DNA of 24,208 bases from a virus (lineage: Duplodnaviria; Caudoviricetes). The stretch covers positions 1 to 24,208 of IMG/VR virus record IMGVR_UViG_3300043747_000015. One strand, given 5' to 3'. Each line of letters opens with the position of its first letter. Positions within the stretch are counted from its first letter, which is position 1. Below, piece after piece: positions 1 to 8,317 of this stretch. The translations under genes were made by a program, and so were the position numbers. The notes below the pieces were generated by a model. The model ran no database searches. It saw only the letters and a program-made list of their open reading frames with translations, and was not told the DNA's origin.

Positions 1-106
1 TTGTATTATGCTTACTTGACATATTAATAAATATATTATTGACCATGCATTATACTACACTATCTAACATAGTATATACTATAGTTTACAAAGGAGGGAA
101 TGTAAC

Positions 107-319
107 ATGTTAGTTAAGATAAACAAACAACCTATTGAAGTGGTTGTACCAGATGAAGAGTCCGAAGGGATCAACTGGATTTACTTGTGTGTTAGCACAA
201 TCGGATTTATGAGTATCCTATCGTTATTGGACTATATAAGTTATATATTTGTAGGGATACACGCATTACCTTTTATGCACACAATCACCAAATTTATTCT
301 TCATCTGATTGGAGCGTGA
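107..319 (+). CDS. small hypothetical membrane protein
   Basis: RBS AGGAGGG upstream of the ATG; hydrophobic stretch INWIYLCVSTIGFMSILSLLDYISYIFVGI; first gene of the FtsK module. Confidence 0.7.
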   Translation: MLVKINKQPIEVVVPDEESEGINWIYLCVSTIGFMSILSLLDYISYIFVGIHALPFMHTITKFILHLIGA

Positions 320-323
320 GAAC

Positions 324-593
324 ATGCTAACACAATGCAACGAGTGTTCAAGTTGGTCTTACACTGACATCTCTCCAATGTGGTTTACCTGTGAAACCTG
401 TATGCGTAAATACCGAAAGGAGTTAAGAGCAAAATATAAAGAATCAATTAAAGCGTTAAATGATGAATTTGAATCAATGGTTTGTGACGGTTGCGGTATC
501 GAACACAAAACAATCTATTTAGATTATGTGTCTATGTGGGACGGTTACTTTTGCTTAAAATGTATAGAAATTGAGGAAGGGATGATTAAATGA
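324..593 (+). CDS. Cys-rich putative double zinc-finger protein
   Basis: Four CxxC pairs (CNEC, CETC, CDGC, CLKC); ATG 324 follows GGAG; stop overlaps the next start (ATGA). Confidence 0.65.
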   Translation: MLTQCNECSSWSYTDISPMWFTCETCMRKYRKELRAKYKESIKALNDEFESMVCDGCGIEHKTIYLDYVSMWDGYFCLKCIEIEEGMIK

Positions 594-1825
594 AGAAACA
601 TCACCCATTAGTCAAAGACTTATTCAATTTATTACTTGCTTGTGGATACGAAGGGACAATAATCAATTCTGTTTCTGAATCACAAGAACAAATTGAAATT
701 GAAATCATGTTACCATATCACAAAGAAATTGCAGATTTAGAGGATTTACTCCCAAATATCACACAAGAATTTTATTGCACAGATTATAAAATAACAAAAA
801 GATTAGGTAAAATAGTCACGGTTTTATTCGGTAAAACAGACCTAAACAACATTGATTTTAATGATTCACACATCCATCCAAACACCTTAAAAATTGAATT
901 ACCTTCATCATTTGGAAAACAATTCCTAGATTTTTCACTTGACAGTTGTTGTCATTTATTGATTGGCGGGACTACCGGTATGGGTAAGTCAATGTTTCTT
1001 TTATATGTATCTTCTCTATTATACCACCAAACCAATGGACAAATGAAGTTATACATTAATGGTACAAAATCCAAAGATTACTTCTTTTTCCTAGGTTTAC
1101 CAAATGTACAACTAAGTAAAACACAGGACGAATTTGATAATGTTTTAGCTGACCTTATAAATGAATATAACTACAGAGATTCATTATTATACCTACCTGA
1201 ATTATCACAAGCAACAGACGCAAAAGACGTCAAAGAAATGTATCCTCATATGTATAAACACTTTGAACCAATTTTTGTAATTATTGATGAATACGCACGT
1301 TTTGCAGATAACAAAGAAATACAAAAGAAAGTAACCGAACTAGTCGAATCAGCCCGATACGTAAATATTCATATCATCATAGCTACACAACGACCAGACG
1401 CTAGAACCGTATTACCACCAAGAATAAAAGCGAACCTCTTAACTCGTGTCTGCTTCACAACCGCAGACGAAGCAAACAGCATCATTATATTAGATCAAAA
1501 AGGTGCTGAATCATTAGGACGAATAGCAGGAAGAGCCTTATTTTCAAACGGTGAACTCCATACCATTCAAGTACCAAAAATAACAAAATTTCAAATGATA
1601 AATTTGTTAACTCCATTTAAGAAAGGAAGTAATACCAATGACAAACAAAAACCAAAGGGATACACAAATCATGAAAATATTATCCAAGTTCAGAATATGT
1701 TCAAGGAGTCACCTGTCACATATAATTTTTCAGAACAACTCGAATCCGGTGAACGTCTGCAATCGCACAATGAAACGCCTAACAATGGGTGGTTCCGTCT
1801 TGCAGATACAAAGGGAAAGGAGTAA
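590..1825 (+). CDS. FtsK/SpoIIIE-family P-loop ATPase (DNA translocase/coupling-protein-like)
   Basis: HLLIGGTTGMGKS Walker A, IFVIIDEYA Walker B, IIIATQRPDA, and GAESL-GRA motifs typical of FtsK/SpoIIIE domains. Confidence 0.9.
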   Translation: MKKHHPLVKDLFNLLLACGYEGTIINSVSESQEQIEIEIMLPYHKEIADLEDLLPNITQEFYCTDYKITKRLGKIVTVLFGKTDLNNIDFNDSHIHPNTLKIELPSSFGKQFLDFSLDSCCHLLIGGTTGMGKSMFLLYVSSLLYHQTNGQMKLYINGTKSKDYFFFLGLPNVQLSKTQDEFDNVLADLINEYNYRDSLLYLPELSQATDAKDVKEMYPHMYKHFEPIFVIIDEYARFADNKEIQKKVTELVESARYVNIHIIIATQRPDARTVLPPRIKANLLTRVCFTTADEANSIIILDQKGAESLGRIAGRALFSNGELHTIQVPKITKFQMINLLTPFKKGSNTNDKQKPKGYTNHENIIQVQNMFKESPVTYNFSEQLESGERLQSHNETPNNGWFRLADTKGKE

Positions 1826-2201
1826 AACATATTTATACACATTGAATCCTTCACCAATAAATCCAAGGTCACAATTTGTTGAACATTACCTAAAAATAGT
1901 CGATTTTTATATACACACTGAATGCCCTGAAAACTTTATAATAGAGCCTGTGCTTGGGACATACGAACCTGATATTTATTTTAAAGATAAACAAAATAAA
2001 GACATATGTGTAGAAATTCAACTCACACCAATTTCTAATAAGAAAATGCAACAAAAAATAGATAAATTCGTTTATGAATTTGATAAAAATCATCACTCAA
2101 AAACGCTTGTTTTATGTTCAAATAACCCTTACAATAAATTAATTTTACCTAAAGATTTTCGATTATATAAACAACCAATTCCAAGCGAAATTTTATTATA
2201 A
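1638..2201 (+). CDS. replication-relaxation (Replic_Relax)-like protein: wHTH plus PD-(D/E)xK-like domain
   Basis: N-terminal RDxxI..L.KFR..S..HL...RTMKRL (wHTH-like), then EHYL...YEPD...VEIQ..K.QQK; usual partner downstream of phage FtsK genes; RBS AAGGAAG. Confidence 0.75.
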   Translation: MTNKNQRDTQIMKILSKFRICSRSHLSHIIFQNNSNPVNVCNRTMKRLTMGGSVLQIQRERSKTYLYTLNPSPINPRSQFVEHYLKIVDFYIHTECPENFIIEPVLGTYEPDIYFKDKQNKDICVEIQLTPISNKKMQQKIDKFVYEFDKNHHSKTLVLCSNNPYNKLILPKDFRLYKQPIPSEILL

Positions 2202-2217
2202 TTTTTCGCTTTTTCTT
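2183..2217 (+). terminator. putative intrinsic terminator after the FtsK/relaxation module
   Basis: AAGCGAAA...TTTCGCTT inverted repeat followed by a T-rich run. Confidence 0.5.
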
Positions 2218-2218
2218 G

Positions 2219-2247
2219 TTGTAATTCAAAGGGTTTTAGTTTATAAT
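2219..2247 (+). promoter_or_regulatory. sigma-A-type promoter
   Basis: TTGTAA (2219-2224), 17 bp, TATAAT (2242-2247). Confidence 0.7.
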
Positions 2248-2287
2248 AAGAGTAAGAAATCAAATAAAACTTTTGGAGGTTTTACAA

Positions 2288-2551
2288 ATGAACTACAACA
2301 AACAAACACAAGAAAATTTCAATGAAATGGCTGAAAAAGTAAAAGCTGAATATCAAGGTCTTTTAACAAAATACGGATGGAAATTTAACCACTCACTCGA
2401 AACTTTCATGGACGTTCAAGTGTTTACCATCACATCCGGTGATATGTCAACCATCCTAAAATTTGATCCAACATCAAAGTATATCTTCCGCACCGATTTA
2501 ACATCAGCTAACATAAAAATCATCAACAAATTACAAGAGGGGTTGAAATAA
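2288..2551 (+). CDS. hypothetical protein
   Basis: GGAGG RBS at 2275 favours ATG 2288 over the TTG in the ORF track; lies downstream of a good promoter. Confidence 0.7.
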   Translation: MNYNKQTQENFNEMAEKVKAEYQGLLTKYGWKFNHSLETFMDVQVFTITSGDMSTILKFDPTSKYIFRTDLTSANIKIINKLQEGLK

Positions 2552-2615
2552 TGTATACATCACTACTAGTAAGCTGTCTATTCCTATTCTTAATGATCTT
2601 CGGGGAGGTGAAGAA

Positions 2616-2885
2616 ATGATTTGGTTTGGCATAGAACCCACATACATTAACATGATCCTAATCGCCCTTGTTTTCATCTTAGCACTTGCGGTAGTCATTT
2701 GGAGTTTTAACGGGTTATTCAGAAAAACCACTAAACCCGCCCAGTACTATATAGATAATGTGAATAGTTTAGTGGTATCACCCGAAGAATTTTATAAAAC
2801 CTTAAATTTCTTGTTAATGTATGGTGTTATTACACAAGAACAATACACCGAAATTCAATTAAAAGCCCTACCCTTTACAGGATAG
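2616..2885 (+). CDS. hypothetical membrane-anchored protein
   Basis: GGGGAGGTG RBS; transmembrane segment ILIALVFILALAVVIWSF. Confidence 0.7.
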   Translation: MIWFGIEPTYINMILIALVFILALAVVIWSFNGLFRKTTKPAQYYIDNVNSLVVSPEEFYKTLNFLLMYGVITQEQYTEIQLKALPFTG

Positions 2886-2899
2886 AGGCTTTATTTTTT
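2861..2899. terminator. putative bidirectional terminator between convergent early and late transcription
   Basis: AAAGCC-CTA...TAG-A-GGCTTT hairpin flanked by A and T runs at the convergence point. Confidence 0.55.
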
Positions 2900-2912
2900 G
2901 AAAATTCATTAT

Positions 2913-2936
2913 GACGTTTTAGTCTCCAAGTGTGAC
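2913..2936 (-). repeat. 24-bp dispersed motif, copy A (GTCACACTTGGAGACTAAAACGTC)
   Basis: Starts 3 nt after the stop of 2940..4958; 19/22 identical to copy B near 10153. Confidence 0.8.
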
Positions 2937-2939
2937 GTT

Positions 2940-4958
2940 TTAATCTTTAAAGATAACCCCATTTGCCATTGCCATTTTCCATTGAACTGTACCATCATAA
3001 GGGATAATCGTAATCGTTCCAGTATATGAAATTTGTAGTATGGCATTGATCGCTTGGTTTGTACTTCCCACAAGGTTACACGGTATCCTTTGAGTATTGA
3101 TTACGGTGTTTGCTGGAATGCTACCTAAAACAAGGTTTCCAGTCCTTAATGTATTAAATGGTAAATTCAAGTCAATAAAAATTTTGTTTCCACTCACCGT
3201 ATACTTGTAGTAAGGTGCATAACTACTATTTATGTCAGAAACCAAAGTAGGGTCTAGTGCAAAATCTTTGATCTCTGAATATGAAAAGTTTTTGATATAC
3301 TGTTTTTTGCTTCGAGCATAGCCTTTATACAATGAACACCAGTTAACATTACCTGTACGGTCTGGAGGTGTTCCTCCAGGTGCCCCGATTGCAATCTTTA
3401 TAACATTCGTTACTTCATCTAACAGGTACGGGAAGTGTATTTTAACAATTCCACTATATTGTCCCACTTTACCATTATCAGAAAAAATGGTTGTATTACT
3501 GTTAGTCTGAACAACGAAATAACCGCCGCTAGTTAAAATATTACCATCAAGGAATATTGTATAGTACTTACCTTTTTCTAAAGGTTCGTTCAATTTGTAA
3601 GTTCCGATAGTTGAACCTGTTGTAATGCTTTTAACCGTGTCACCGTCTAAAATCAAATTGTTATCGCTATACATGCTCTCTATATTAGCAAGAGGAAAAC
3701 GGGCAGCCAATACACATTGACTCATATAAGTAGGAGACGCATCATAATAAACAGTTGTAATCCCGTTATCAAATTGAAGGGTTGAATAGATTCCCTCGTT
3801 TTTCTGATGAAGATATACCGCAACATGGTCAATTTTCATAAAAGCATTATTTCTTGCTTCTGCTGCTAAATCACCACTTACCCCGTTAGTCCAACTAAAG
3901 AATAAAATATCCCCGGGCTCTATGTTAGAAAAATCCGCATTCGGTTTAAAGGAATAGCCCTTTTCAAAAGCGTATTTCGCTATATTATTGGCATATCTCC
4001 ATTTAACAGGATCGATGTTTTGGAAAAAGAAATTAGATCCTTTATTTTGAGTATTACCAGAAACGTATTTTGAACGTTCATAAGGAACCCCGTGAATCAT
4101 AAGATTAGCGAAAGAAGAACAGTCAATCTGATTTTTTCCACCAACTAAATCCTGGGTGGTGTCATAGGCGGTGTAGGTATTGCCATACACAAGGGTAGAT
4201 ATATTGTTTAGGTAGGTCTGACCGTTATCAATTAACCTTTCAATAGCACCCCTTGAGTTGTGTATTTGAGATGCACTTTCTACTAATACATCATTAACCT
4301 GATTCATACTGTTAGGCACATCGTTAACCGTAACAACTTTATTACTTATCTGCAAGTCAGACATATATAAGGTTAAAGATGATTGAAAATTAAAGTACAA
4401 GTAATTGTTTTGTCTTGTTAAATCGGAAAGATTTAGTGTAAAGCTAATTTTATTCCATTGGTTCGCTGCACCTAAATTGACGAATACACCTGAACCAGTA
4501 AATGCCATCCTTATTTGAATTGATTTATTAGACACAGAAGGATATGCCCAAAATGAGATAGTCATTGTTTCGGAACTTATCATTGATTCCGTTAACAAGA
4601 TAGCAAAGTCCTTATTTACATCAGATGAACCCTCATAATTCACCGCATCAATCTTTAAAGACTTTTTACCGTTATACTGTGGCGAAGTAATCGCAGGCGT
4701 GAATGTATAGAGCGAACTCCTTGGAATGATATAAGGTAACACTTCAAAATCAGCATTACGAACTAAATTTCTACCTTTTAGTAAAATGTCTGTCTGCGTC
4801 GCTTTTTCTGCCAAACCCAACTCAACAGCCGTTAACCTTGTCCCCACACTCTGACCATTACCCGCACCCAAACTATTTTCTAAACTAACTATCCGATCCC
4901 ACACATTATTTGTATTTATCGTTTTAGCAGGTGGTTGCGGAATCCCTATTTTTACCAT
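2940..4958 (-). CDS. extra late/virion protein: carbohydrate-binding-like domain plus NlpC/P60-like cysteine-peptidase domain
   Basis: GRNLVRNADFE...NQWNKISFT jelly-roll/CBM-like segment; IDCSSF...EPGDILFF...DHVAVY NlpC/P60-like Cys-His motifs; tail-fibre-like C-terminus. Confidence 0.65.
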   Translation of the reverse strand: MVKIGIPQPPAKTINTNNVWDRIVSLENSLGAGNGQSVGTRLTAVELGLAEKATQTDILLKGRNLVRNADFEVLPYIIPRSSLYTFTPAITSPQYNGKKSLKIDAVNYEGSSDVNKDFAILLTESMISSETMTISFWAYPSVSNKSIQIRMAFTGSGVFVNLGAANQWNKISFTLNLSDLTRQNNYLYFNFQSSLTLYMSDLQISNKVVTVNDVPNSMNQVNDVLVESASQIHNSRGAIERLIDNGQTYLNNISTLVYGNTYTAYDTTQDLVGGKNQIDCSSFANLMIHGVPYERSKYVSGNTQNKGSNFFFQNIDPVKWRYANNIAKYAFEKGYSFKPNADFSNIEPGDILFFSWTNGVSGDLAAEARNNAFMKIDHVAVYLHQKNEGIYSTLQFDNGITTVYYDASPTYMSQCVLAARFPLANIESMYSDNNLILDGDTVKSITTGSTIGTYKLNEPLEKGKYYTIFLDGNILTSGGYFVVQTNSNTTIFSDNGKVGQYSGIVKIHFPYLLDEVTNVIKIAIGAPGGTPPDRTGNVNWCSLYKGYARSKKQYIKNFSYSEIKDFALDPTLVSDINSSYAPYYKYTVSGNKIFIDLNLPFNTLRTGNLVLGSIPANTVINTQRIPCNLVGSTNQAINAILQISYTGTITIIPYDGTVQWKMAMANGVIFKD
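4798..4821 (-). repeat. in-frame copy of the 24-bp motif (GTTGGGTTTGGCAGAAAAAGCGAC, encodes LGLAEKAT)
   Basis: Matches the TTGG..GA.....CGAC part of the consensus; lies at the junction between the N-terminal anchor and the variable domains. Confidence 0.5.
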
Positions 4959-4962
4959 ACTA

Positions 4963-5187
4963 TCACCCCTTTATATTTTCACCTTCATCATATTCAATCG
5001 ACTTTACACAATGATCTTTCTGAAACAAATTCAAAAACTTACACAACATCCTACAAAAAGGACACTTATCATGTTTCACAAGATGTTTACCCAAACGAGA
5101 ACTAATTGTCTCGTCAGGGTATCCGCCAAATAACGTATTAAAGAATTGGTCAATACTGATAAGGATGTTCCAAAAATATTGTTTCAC
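4963..5187 (-). CDS. small phage protein with DQxxNxxxGGxPDETISSR motif
   Basis: GTG start at 5187 after GGGGTG RBS; motif recognisable from small phage proteins; function unknown. Confidence 0.7.
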   Translation of the reverse strand: MKQYFWNILISIDQFFNTLFGGYPDETISSRLGKHLVKHDKCPFCRMLCKFLNLFQKDHCVKSIEYDEGENIKG

Positions 5188-5197
5188 ATTCTCACCC

Positions 5198-6196
5198 CTA
5201 TACAACATTCATTTTTCTAAACATTTCATACGCCAAATTCCTAACAACTTGATTATCAAATCTTAAATACCCATTCATAAAAGAACCAACTAATTTCTTT
5301 AACTGATAATTCTTTTTCCATCCCGTCAACATCATGGCGTTTTCTGAATGGTCTTCACTTGTCATAGCAAATACATATTTGCTACTTGGGTCATGTTCAT
5401 TAGCTAAATACATTAACCCTTTCTTGGTGTCCACCCATATACCAAAGGTGTTATTTTTATATAAAACAGAGAACACGAACTGACTTTCTTTTGATCTTTT
5501 CTCGATAAAAGTCTCTGAATCCTCTGTGAATTCGTTATCTAAACTCATTTCCCCGTATTCCGTATTTGCTATTAATTTACCGAATCTTGTTTCACGTCTA
5601 GCGTCTGAAAAGTCTTTACTGTCGGGAATCTCGACTAACACACTTTCCCACGCATTGTAACGTTTCTTTAAGTTTGGAATAATATTAAAATACAAGAAAA
5701 ACGGGTTAACAATAGTGGTACTGTTTGCCATACAAATGGTTCTTACATCTGTTCGATTTCTAAACACCGTATCCATTAAATTCAATAACGCCCTTGGTTC
5801 ATTTGGGATATAGGTTGAATTATCTTTTTCCCTTAGGAACTCATCATATAAAATGGTGGATACTTCAGGATAGGCGTTGGATTTTAGCGACTGCCACGAA
5901 CTTAAGGCAATCGCATAACCCGCTAACTTCCCATTAACATAAAACTCTTTCCCTTTAACTTTCAATTCATGCTCTGGAAATTCAGCCCCAATATCATTAA
6001 AGAAAGTTGTAATCTTTTTCAGATCATCCTTATAACGTCTAACATACATGAACTGTTTACCCGTTTTTATGAATTGTTTGACAACGTATTTCTTCATTCC
6101 GTACGACTTACCAACGCCACGGGCACCAATTACAAAATTTAAAATTCGGTTATAAGAAAGCATTTTATCAGGTGAATAATATAGTGACTTGTCCAT
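5198..6196 (-). CDS. DNA packaging ATPase (phi29 gp16 homolog)
   Basis: N-terminus MDKSLYYSPDKMLSYNRILNFVIGARGVGKSY resembles gp16; Walker B ILYDEF; follows the lysis genes. Confidence 0.95.
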   Translation of the reverse strand: MDKSLYYSPDKMLSYNRILNFVIGARGVGKSYGMKKYVVKQFIKTGKQFMYVRRYKDDLKKITTFFNDIGAEFPEHELKVKGKEFYVNGKLAGYAIALSSWQSLKSNAYPEVSTILYDEFLREKDNSTYIPNEPRALLNLMDTVFRNRTDVRTICMANSTTIVNPFFLYFNIIPNLKKRYNAWESVLVEIPDSKDFSDARRETRFGKLIANTEYGEMSLDNEFTEDSETFIEKRSKESQFVFSVLYKNNTFGIWVDTKKGLMYLANEHDPSSKYVFAMTSEDHSENAMMLTGWKKNYQLKKLVGSFMNGYLRFDNQVVRNLAYEMFRKMNVV

Positions 6197-6216
6197 TTCC
6201 AGAGCACTCCTTTTCC

Positions 6217-6990
6217 TTATCTGTTATCAGGAACCTTTATTTTTTGTTTTGGAAGAATCATATCTTTATTTGTGATTGAAGGATTTAACTTTAAAATTTT
6301 ATTAATTGTCGTATTATAAGCTGTTGCAATGTTAGTTAAATTGTCACCCTTTTTAACGGTATACGTAACAATCTTTTCTTTTGGTTTCCGTCTTTCTTCC
6401 ATTAATTGAATTTCAAGGGCAAAATCTCTGTACGATAAATCCATATCCACATTCCCCTTTATTCCATTGACTTTACCTACCCACGAATATTGCCAAATAT
6501 CCGCTGTCATTCCAAGTGATTTTGCTTCGGGGTAAGCAATCCATGAAGCATAAGGCTTCATCCGATCTAAATCCAAGTTTTGTCGGGCGAAGTCTTTACC
6601 AGAGTACCACATTGCGAAATAACCCGCTTTTTCAACCTCTTCAAGAAATGCAATAGCTGAATCAGTGAATTGTTTCTTACTCACACCATTTTTATTAACC
6701 TCTAAATCTAAAACTACTGGATACGTAAAATCAAAATCTTTGATATTATCAAGAAAGAATTTAACTTCACTTAATGCACCCGCAACAGTGTCAAACCGAC
6801 CAAAGTGGTATGGACCCACGGAAATATTATACTTTTTTGCACTTGCCACATTGTAAGCGAATTTATCGTCTACAAAGGTTGTCCCTTCCGTAGCTTTAAC
6901 GAATGCGAATTGTACGCCCGCCCCCTTCACACTAAACCAATCAATCGCGCCTTGATGGTGTGATACGTCTATACCTTTAAATGTTGGCAT
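6217..6990 (-). CDS. endolysin, GH25 muramidase with C-terminal LysM
   Basis: GIDVSHHQG, FVKATEG, VLDLE, WQYS, VDMD GH25 motifs; YTVKKGDNLTNIA...LNP LysM. Confidence 0.93.
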   Translation of the reverse strand: MPTFKGIDVSHHQGAIDWFSVKGAGVQFAFVKATEGTTFVDDKFAYNVASAKKYNISVGPYHFGRFDTVAGALSEVKFFLDNIKDFDFTYPVVLDLEVNKNGVSKKQFTDSAIAFLEEVEKAGYFAMWYSGKDFARQNLDLDRMKPYASWIAYPEAKSLGMTADIWQYSWVGKVNGIKGNVDMDLSYRDFALEIQLMEERRKPKEKIVTYTVKKGDNLTNIATAYNTTINKILKLNPSITNKDMILPKQKIKVPDNR

Positions 6991-7163
6991 TACTTTTGAC
7001 CGCCTTCCTGTTTTGCTGCTAAGTTATCAATACTAACTTGCAACTTTGTTAAAATATTAACCATGTTTTCAGTGTCTTTACTTTGTTTGATTAACATAAA
7101 CCCCGCCACGAAAATAGGGAAACCAACCTGACTAATTAATTGGCTAATTTCTGTTACACTCAT
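6990..7163 (-). CDS. putative holin (YvrJ-like single-TM protein), 57 aa, not in the ORF track
   Basis: MSVTEISQLISQVGFPIFVAGFMLIKQSKDTENMVNILTKLQVSIDNLAAKQEGGQK; GGGAGG RBS; TAATG coupling to the endolysin; occupies the phi29 gene 14 position. Confidence 0.8.
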   Translation of the reverse strand: MSVTEISQLISQVGFPIFVAGFMLIKQSKDTENMVNILTKLQVSIDNLAAKQEGGQK

Positions 7164-7183
7164 TGTTTACCCTCCCGATATAA

Positions 7184-8317
7184 CTATAATTTCCATCCAT
7201 TCAGTGCATCACTCAACAATAGAGCAATCGTTTGTTTTTCTTTTATAATAGGAGAATCAGGCGCGCTCCCACTATCCCCATCCGTATACCCTGAAACTTT
7301 CCAGTCATAGCCATTCCCATTAACAATGTCTACCCCACCGACAGAGAATACATCAAAAATATGTAACTCTGTTCCTGATAAACAATAACCTGGCTTTTGC
7401 GTAAAACCTGTATACTTTGAACCATTGATAACATTTAAGTGAAAATGATCCCCTGTCACATTTCCGCAAATTCCAGAATGCCCCATTATTGTCCCTTTTG
7501 TTATCTTGTCTCCAATAGAATATAAATGGTTACAATCATGGAAACAACTAAACGTAATATATCGAACTTGACCATCTGCACACATCACTTTATTACTAGA
7601 TTTCCAGATTAGATACGCATCTGAATCGTTTCTCCCTATACACTCAATATCACAAGGCGCATAGTAGGGATACACATCCGTTTTCCCCAAAAAGTCAATA
7701 CATAAGGTTCCTTGATGGGAGTAACTACCGTTTTCACCCTGTGATATATTGATTACATCCATGGGAAATTGCGCTAGTTGATAGCCCCCTGTTACCCCTG
7801 AACCTGTCCAATCCAACTCATTAAAACAACGTGCAGCGAATGCTTTTCGTGCAGCCATACTTGATGCTGCTGCCGCTGCGTTTGGTTTTTCATAGCTATA
7901 GGTAAAGGCTTCCGTCAAATAATCGACTGACCAATTCCCACTATTCGTTCTAAATTGTTTGAACGTCATATAACCGTATGCAGATTTATTCGTCCACTGG
8001 ATATTTTTATCAACCTCATAATCAATTCGGGCTAGTTGACTATCCCCATCATAAGGGTCTAGGCTACTAGAAACAGCCCAATCCCAATACTTATGCCTTG
8101 GTGTCCATTGCACTAATCCGTATCCTTTGTCAGCATCCCACGAAAAACCAAATTCAGACATTTGGGGGTTAATATAGGATTCGTGCCTCATGTTCCCACA
8201 TAAGGCACTTATTGACTCTTTTGACCATTTACCTTTAAAATGATTTACAACTAATTGAGCGTTTTGCAATGACTCTGTTTCGGTTAAGATTTCTTGAAAG
8301 CTACCGATCCAAGCCAT
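7184..8317 (-). CDS. tail lysin/morphogenesis protein (phi29 gp13-like: tail lysozyme plus M23-like peptidase)
   Basis: ALCGNMRHES...GYGLVQWT lysozyme-like motifs; H-xxx-D (HQGTLCID) and HFH zinc motifs; C-terminus LLLSDALNGWK. Confidence 0.9.
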   Translation of the reverse strand: MAWIGSFQEILTETESLQNAQLVVNHFKGKWSKESISALCGNMRHESYINPQMSEFGFSWDADKGYGLVQWTPRHKYWDWAVSSSLDPYDGDSQLARIDYEVDKNIQWTNKSAYGYMTFKQFRTNSGNWSVDYLTEAFTYSYEKPNAAAAASSMAARKAFAARCFNELDWTGSGVTGGYQLAQFPMDVINISQGENGSYSHQGTLCIDFLGKTDVYPYYAPCDIECIGRNDSDAYLIWKSSNKVMCADGQVRYITFSCFHDCNHLYSIGDKITKGTIMGHSGICGNVTGDHFHLNVINGSKYTGFTQKPGYCLSGTELHIFDVFSVGGVDIVNGNGYDWKVSGYTDGDSGSAPDSPIIKEKQTIALLLSDALNGWKL

